Shown piece after piece: positions 59,912-64,000 of a stretch of 64,000 nt of DNA (positions are counted from its first letter, which is position 1; each line of letters starts with the position of its first letter). The position numbers and the translations under genes were made by a program. The stretch is from NCBI GenBank assembly GCA_965215335.1, contig CBDCDA010000002.1, positions 480,001-544,000 of the forward strand. The letters are read 5' to 3'. The notes beneath the pieces were generated by a model. That model did no database searches. It had not been told where the DNA came from and saw only the letters and a list, made by a program, of their open reading frames with translations. Source of the DNA: an uncultured Candidatus Entotheonella sp. Lineage in GTDB: Bacteria; Tectomicrobia; Entotheonellia; Entotheonellales; Entotheonellaceae.

Positions 59912-60720
59912 TATTCGCCCCCGGAAAACCGAATGCCGTAATACGTGATGACCTGTCCATCGGGACCTACAAAGGGAAAGGTACCGCGCGCGCTTCGGGT
60001 CCCCGTGGAAGACGGGAACGAAACACGCGCCCCTGACCTGGTGTGGCCCGGCCCGTCGCTTTCCAGAAAATACAGGCTTCTGGCGAATTCCGTTTTGTCG
60101 TACTCACGGCTGCTCCCCGGCAGGCTGGTGAAAATCTCGTAGATTCGGGCCAGCGGCATCACAGGCTCTTTGAGCAGACCGGCGGGCTCGGCAAACTGCC
60201 TGTAGACCTTGTATAGTGCTTCCAGAAACATGTCAGACCGGAAGCGAGGCCGTTTCTTCTGGTTGTGCACCAGGATCTCGGCAAGGTAGGAGGGTCTTAA
60301 CGTCGAAACCTTCTTCTTGTCGATACCGATAGCGTGGTCGCCGGGGAAAATGCGAACGATGGACGGATAGGCAATCAGCCTGCCATCCCGTTCATGGATG
60401 GCCAGGCCCTTTTCCGCCGCTACGCTCCGTAGCTCGACAGCGTAGCGCTCCCTGAGATAGTCCGCCTCTCCTCCCTCCTCGAAAGGCCAGGCTGCAACGG
60501 CGTTTGCCACCTCCTGACGAAGAGCATCCAGGGCGCCGTCCAACCTCTCGGCGTTCCTCTTGATGGCGCTGACATTCCCCTCCCTGGCCGCCTTTTGCAA
60601 TGTTCTGGCCAGCTTTGCGAGATCCGTCGCGGCCTTGAGGGTCGAGGCGGCGGCTGTCTCCGTATCCTGACAAGCCCGCTCAAAACCCGTCATCATGCTG
60701 CCCTCACTTTCGTTCATCAT
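59911..60720 (-). CDS. Hypothetical protein with N-terminal coiled coil (cassette gene 1; start may be 60696)
   Basis: Ala/Lys-rich helical N-terminus; stop overlaps the next start (TAATG). Confidence 0.8.
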   Translation of the reverse strand: MMNESEGSMMTGFERACQDTETAAASTLKAATDLAKLARTLQKAAREGNVSAIKRNAERLDGALDALRQEVANAVAAWPFEEGGEADYLRERYAVELRSVAAEKGLAIHERDGRLIAYPSIVRIFPGDHAIGIDKKKVSTLRPSYLAEILVHNQKKRPRFRSDMFLEALYKVYRQFAEPAGLLKEPVMPLARIYEIFTSLPGSSREYDKTEFARSLYFLESDGPGHTRSGARVSFPSSTGTRSARGTFPFVGPDGQVITYYGIRFSGGE

Positions 60721-60837
60721 GCCAAGCCCGGCTTCACCGGGCTGCCGGCCCATGTTTTCCCGTTACGAATTTCGTTGACGAGAGCAAGCCGCGGGTCCAT
60801 GCGCCTGTCACCCCAACCATTCAGCGGCCAATACCCG

Positions 60838-61974
60838 CTACCCCGACCGGCGTGCCACGACGAACGACTCGTCGGTAAACCACAAAGACTGGTATTTCTG
60901 CAGCACGGCCTGGGTAGCTTGCAGGTAAGCGCCCTGGCTCATGGCTTGCTGCAACAGGTCGTCTTCGACCTGGGCGACGTAGATGGCGGCGTTCCAGGCG
61001 GCGAGGAGGGTGGAGGTGCCGATGTTGTTGGTGATTTCCCAGGGCTGGGTGTGCAGCACGTAGTTGAACTCGGAGCGCTCGTTGCTGTAGGGGAAGTAGC
61101 AAAGGTCCGGCTCGCTGTCCTGCAGTTGGTTTTGCAACTCCTTGAGCAGAACGTGGCGCGGGGTGCGAAAGGGGTCCTCGTCTGGCCACACGGCGCGGAT
61201 GATCTCCATGCCGGGATCACGTCCGGTGGACTGAACGGTGACCAGCCGGCCGCCGGGCGCCAGGCTGCGGGCCAGCGGCGCCAGGACGTTGCGGACCTTG
61301 AGCGCCGCGGGCAGGCGGGCGCGAAAGGGCTGCGAGGCGATGACGAGATCGTATCGATGATCTTGCTGACCCGGCTGCGGGATGATCGGCCCGAGAACGA
61401 ATTCGTGATCGGCCCGGTACAGGATCAGCACCGACGGCGTCACGTACAACGGATTGCCGGTGCGCTGGCTCGTCGTGGCCTGCCAGCCCTGCCGCAGGTA
61501 GCTTTGCAACTCGTTGATCTGCTGGTTGAACTCATAGGCCGTCGTGCCTTGCAGGGGAACCTCCCACCAGTTCAGCTTGGCCTGCATGACCGGGTTGCGC
61601 GGGTGCAGCCGCGGCGCCTCGGAGTAGAACATGTTGGTGACCACCAGCACCGTCTGCGGATGCTCGAAAAAGCGGTCTCCCATGCGCCCCAGGCTGATAC
61701 GCACGTCTTCCAGGCTGACTTCCTTGCCGACCACCAGAAAGGGAATGGTGGGAAAGCGGTGGTGCAGTTGCCGCATCACCTGACTGAGCACGGTGGCGTC
61801 GCCCATGCCGGCGTCGAAGACCCGCAAGGCGGGCGGCACCGGGCGCAGGTGCTTGAACTCCATGCCGACCCGGTCGGCAACGACCCATTTTTCGCTGCAC
61901 GTGGTTACAAACAGCAGGTATTTTTCACGGTTGTCGAAAAAGCGAAAATGCTGTATGTCAATGGCAGTTTCCAT
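60838..61974 (-). CDS. Hypothetical protein with class I SAM-methyltransferase-like fold
   Basis: Motif I-like VFDAGMGDA, YDLVIASQPF, LAPGGRLV. Confidence 0.65.
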   Translation of the reverse strand: METAIDIQHFRFFDNREKYLLFVTTCSEKWVVADRVGMEFKHLRPVPPALRVFDAGMGDATVLSQVMRQLHHRFPTIPFLVVGKEVSLEDVRISLGRMGDRFFEHPQTVLVVTNMFYSEAPRLHPRNPVMQAKLNWWEVPLQGTTAYEFNQQINELQSYLRQGWQATTSQRTGNPLYVTPSVLILYRADHEFVLGPIIPQPGQQDHRYDLVIASQPFRARLPAALKVRNVLAPLARSLAPGGRLVTVQSTGRDPGMEIIRAVWPDEDPFRTPRHVLLKELQNQLQDSEPDLCYFPYSNERSEFNYVLHTQPWEITNNIGTSTLLAAWNAAIYVAQVEDDLLQQAMSQGAYLQATQAVLQKYQSLWFTDESFVVARRSG

Positions 61975-62129
61975 GCAGTGCGGTCTCTCCTCGAAGGCTC
62001 ACGACATGCCGAGTGGTTGTAGCGTAGGGCCACTTCAAAGTCAACGCCACCCGCCCCTGTCCACGAGACGGCAGGCATCGACCACGTCATCAGCGTCACG
62101 CAGGTAGCCCGTCATAGCGGAGGTTCACA

Positions 62130-63014
62130 ATGAGCGCGCGTCCATTCGTCGAGGTTTTGGAATCGGGAAAGTTTGTCGTCACTGCCGAGTTGAACCCGCC
62201 GAAGGGCACCGACCTCGAGTCGTTGTTCGCCCACGCCGAACGGCTCAAGGATGACATCGACGCCTTCAACCTCACCGATTCGCACAGCGCTCGCATGCGC
62301 ATGGCGCCCCTGGGCGCAGCTTCTCTGCTGGTGCAACAGGGCATCGAGCCGATCATGCAGGTCACCTGCCGGGACCGCAACCGCATTGCCCTGCAATCCG
62401 ACCTGCTGGCCGCCCATGCGCTGGGCGTGAGAAACGTGCTGACGATGACCGGCGACACCCCGGCGGCCGGCGACCACCCAGACGCCAAGGGGGTATTCGA
62501 CGTTGACGGCATCGGCCTGCTGCAGGCCGTCGCCGCCCTGCAATCGGGCCAGGACCTCGGCGGCCAATCCCTGCGCGGCACACCTGAGTTCTGTGTTGGC
62601 GCCGTGGTCAACCCTGGCGCGCCCGACCTGCAGAAGGAACTCGGCCGCATGCGCGACAAGGTGACCTGCGGTGCCCGCTTCTTCCAAACCCAGGCGGTGT
62701 ACGATCCGGCAGCGTTTGCAGCGTTCATGCAGGAAGTGCGCGATGACAAGGTGTCCATCCTCGCCAGTTGCATCGTGCTCAGATCCGCCAACATGGCCCG
62801 CCGGATGAATACGGTGCCGGGCATTTCCATCCCCGAGCCCCTGATTCGAGAGATGGAAGACGCGGCCGACCCGGCGCGCCAAGGCATCGCCATCGCCGGA
62901 CGCATCATCCGGGAACTCGGGAGCCTCGCCCACGGCATTCACCTCATCGCCATTGGACAGGAAAGCCGTATCCCCGAGATCCTGGACGAGGCTGGCCTGT
63001 CTGCCAGGAGTTGA
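62130..63014 (+). CDS. metF: Methylenetetrahydrofolate reductase
   Basis: AELNPPKG, TCRDRNRIALQSDL, TGD, GARFFQTQ, GIHL. Confidence 0.9.
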   Translation: MSARPFVEVLESGKFVVTAELNPPKGTDLESLFAHAERLKDDIDAFNLTDSHSARMRMAPLGAASLLVQQGIEPIMQVTCRDRNRIALQSDLLAAHALGVRNVLTMTGDTPAAGDHPDAKGVFDVDGIGLLQAVAALQSGQDLGGQSLRGTPEFCVGAVVNPGAPDLQKELGRMRDKVTCGARFFQTQAVYDPAAFAAFMQEVRDDKVSILASCIVLRSANMARRMNTVPGISIPEPLIREMEDAADPARQGIAIAGRIIRELGSLAHGIHLIAIGQESRIPEILDEAGLSARS

Positions 63015-63026
63015 CCACGACGGCAT

Positions 63027-63050
63027 CCCGGCCTCCCCTCGGGAGGCCGG
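63027..63050 (+). terminator. GC-rich hairpin after metF
   Basis: CCGGCCTCCC-CTC-GGGAGGCCGG perfect 10-bp stem; no U-tract. Confidence 0.45.
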
Positions 63051-63156
63051 TTACCCACCCTCTCTTCACGCCCCCCGCCGTGAGCCGGCATCGGCCTGTT
63101 AACCGCTGACTTTTCACAATGTTGCAGACAAATGCAACAAAAATCACCCTTCCCTG

Positions 63157-63185
63157 TTGACGTTGTCAATCGAAGTACGTATGTT
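63157..63185 (+). promoter_or_regulatory. Sigma70-type promoter of the MerR-like gene with overlapping inverted repeat
   Basis: TTGACG-17 bp-TATGTT; TTGAC-N3-GTCAA overlaps the -35. Confidence 0.6.
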
Positions 63186-63229
63186 TCGTCTTGATTTTAA
63201 TGCAAGTTGCATTAAAAGGGATATTCCGC

Positions 63230-63694
63230 GTGGAATACTACGATAGCCGGACCGTCGCCACCCAGCTCGGCATCCCGTATCGCACTCTGATGTACTGGGT
63301 AGAGACGGGGCTGATCCAGCCGCATGCCTACTCGGGACGGCGGCGTACACCAGTAAGGTTTTCCGTTGCAGACGTCAAAGAAGTCGGTCGCTTGGCGCAG
63401 TTGCGTAAATACCTCCGGGGACAGTCACTGCGCGATGTCCTCAACAGGCTGCGCACCATGGGATCCAACCCGTTGTCACAGGGTGATTTTCTGGTGCTGG
63501 AGAACCGCAAAGGCCAGCGCAACGTGATCAAGATCATGCAGAACAATGAAGCCATCCAACTGCTGAACGCCCAGCCGGATGCCCAGTTGCGGCTCATCCC
63601 CCTTACCGGGGACGAGGTGCAGGACGCCATTTCGGCGGGACGACAGGAAGTCTTGTTCAGCACTCTGGAAGATAACGTGCCTCAGCGCCCGTAG
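63230..63694 (+). CDS. MerR-family HTH transcriptional regulator
   Basis: VATQLGIPYRTLMYWVETGLIQP...RFSVADV. Confidence 0.8.
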   Translation: MEYYDSRTVATQLGIPYRTLMYWVETGLIQPHAYSGRRRTPVRFSVADVKEVGRLAQLRKYLRGQSLRDVLNRLRTMGSNPLSQGDFLVLENRKGQRNVIKIMQNNEAIQLLNAQPDAQLRLIPLTGDEVQDAISAGRQEVLFSTLEDNVPQRP

Positions 63695-63734
63695 GAGCCT
63701 GAACAGGCTGGCAACTCGAGGAAGGACGTATACC

Positions 63735-64000
63735 GTGTCTGACCTGATTCTGTGCGACGAACAGCAGCACGTCGCCACCCTCACGCTGAATCGGCCAAAC
63801 AAACGGAACGCCATGTCGCCGGACCTGCTGACCGACTTGTCAGCGCAGTTGCGACGGCTGGCAGAGAATCCGGCCATTCGCGTGCTCATTTTGCGCGGCC
63901 AGGGCACCGAGGCGTTTTCCGCCGGCTACGACATCGGCCATCTGCCGGTGCGCGAGGGCAAGGGGCGCCTGCCCGCAAGCGAAGGGGTCGGATGGTTCCA
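63735..64000 (+). CDS. Enoyl-CoA hydratase/isomerase family, truncated by the window end
   Basis: VATLTLNRPNKRNAMS...ILRGQG.EAFSAGYDI. Confidence 0.88.
   Translation, partial: MSDLILCDEQQHVATLTLNRPNKRNAMSPDLLTDLSAQLRRLAENPAIRVLILRGQGTEAFSAGYDIGHLPVREGKGRLPASEGVGWF

Noticed and set aside
55314..60720. Canonical BREX or Shango system
   Set aside because: No PglX, PglZ, BrxC/PglY or TerB-like gene is visible, and the helicase is SNF2-type.
55290..60840. Integrative element with att sites or target duplication around the cassette
   Set aside because: No integrase or transposase, and I found no convincing direct repeat at the two ends by eye.

Overview
GC-rich bacterial chromosomal window with no rRNA, tRNA, CRISPR array or intact transposase/integrase visible. 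In order it holds: copper/thiol-redox genes (TlpA, CopA, cytochrome c'-beta/P460 family); a ~17 kb phosphate and polyphosphate cluster (OprO/P porin-phoB-pstSCAB-phoU, a GlpF-type channel, ppk1, CHAD protein, broken ppx, sixA, ppgK) with two candidate 11-bp-period Pho boxes; catabolic genes (acyl-CoA dehydrogenases, CoA ligase, fused CoA-transferase, ComD/ComE-like decarboxylase); and housekeeping genes (moeA, purE, tsaC, rho, rpmE, prfA, prmC, hisBHF, yacG, cinA, metF). The most interesting element is a lower-GC, tightly coupled five-gene cassette at 55314-60720 (minus strand). It encodes an unknown coiled-coil protein, a P-loop-degenerate DUF2791/BrxD-like protein, an intact DUF2791/BrxD-like ATPase, a small unknown protein and a minimal SNF2 helicase. 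It matches no anti-phage system architecture I recognise and is a candidate novel defence system. Other notable items are a CHAD + alkyltransferase-like domain fusion, a palindromic in-frame insertion in CopA, a ~500 nt structured rho leader and several decaying genes. All calls come from motif recognition by eye; no searches were run.
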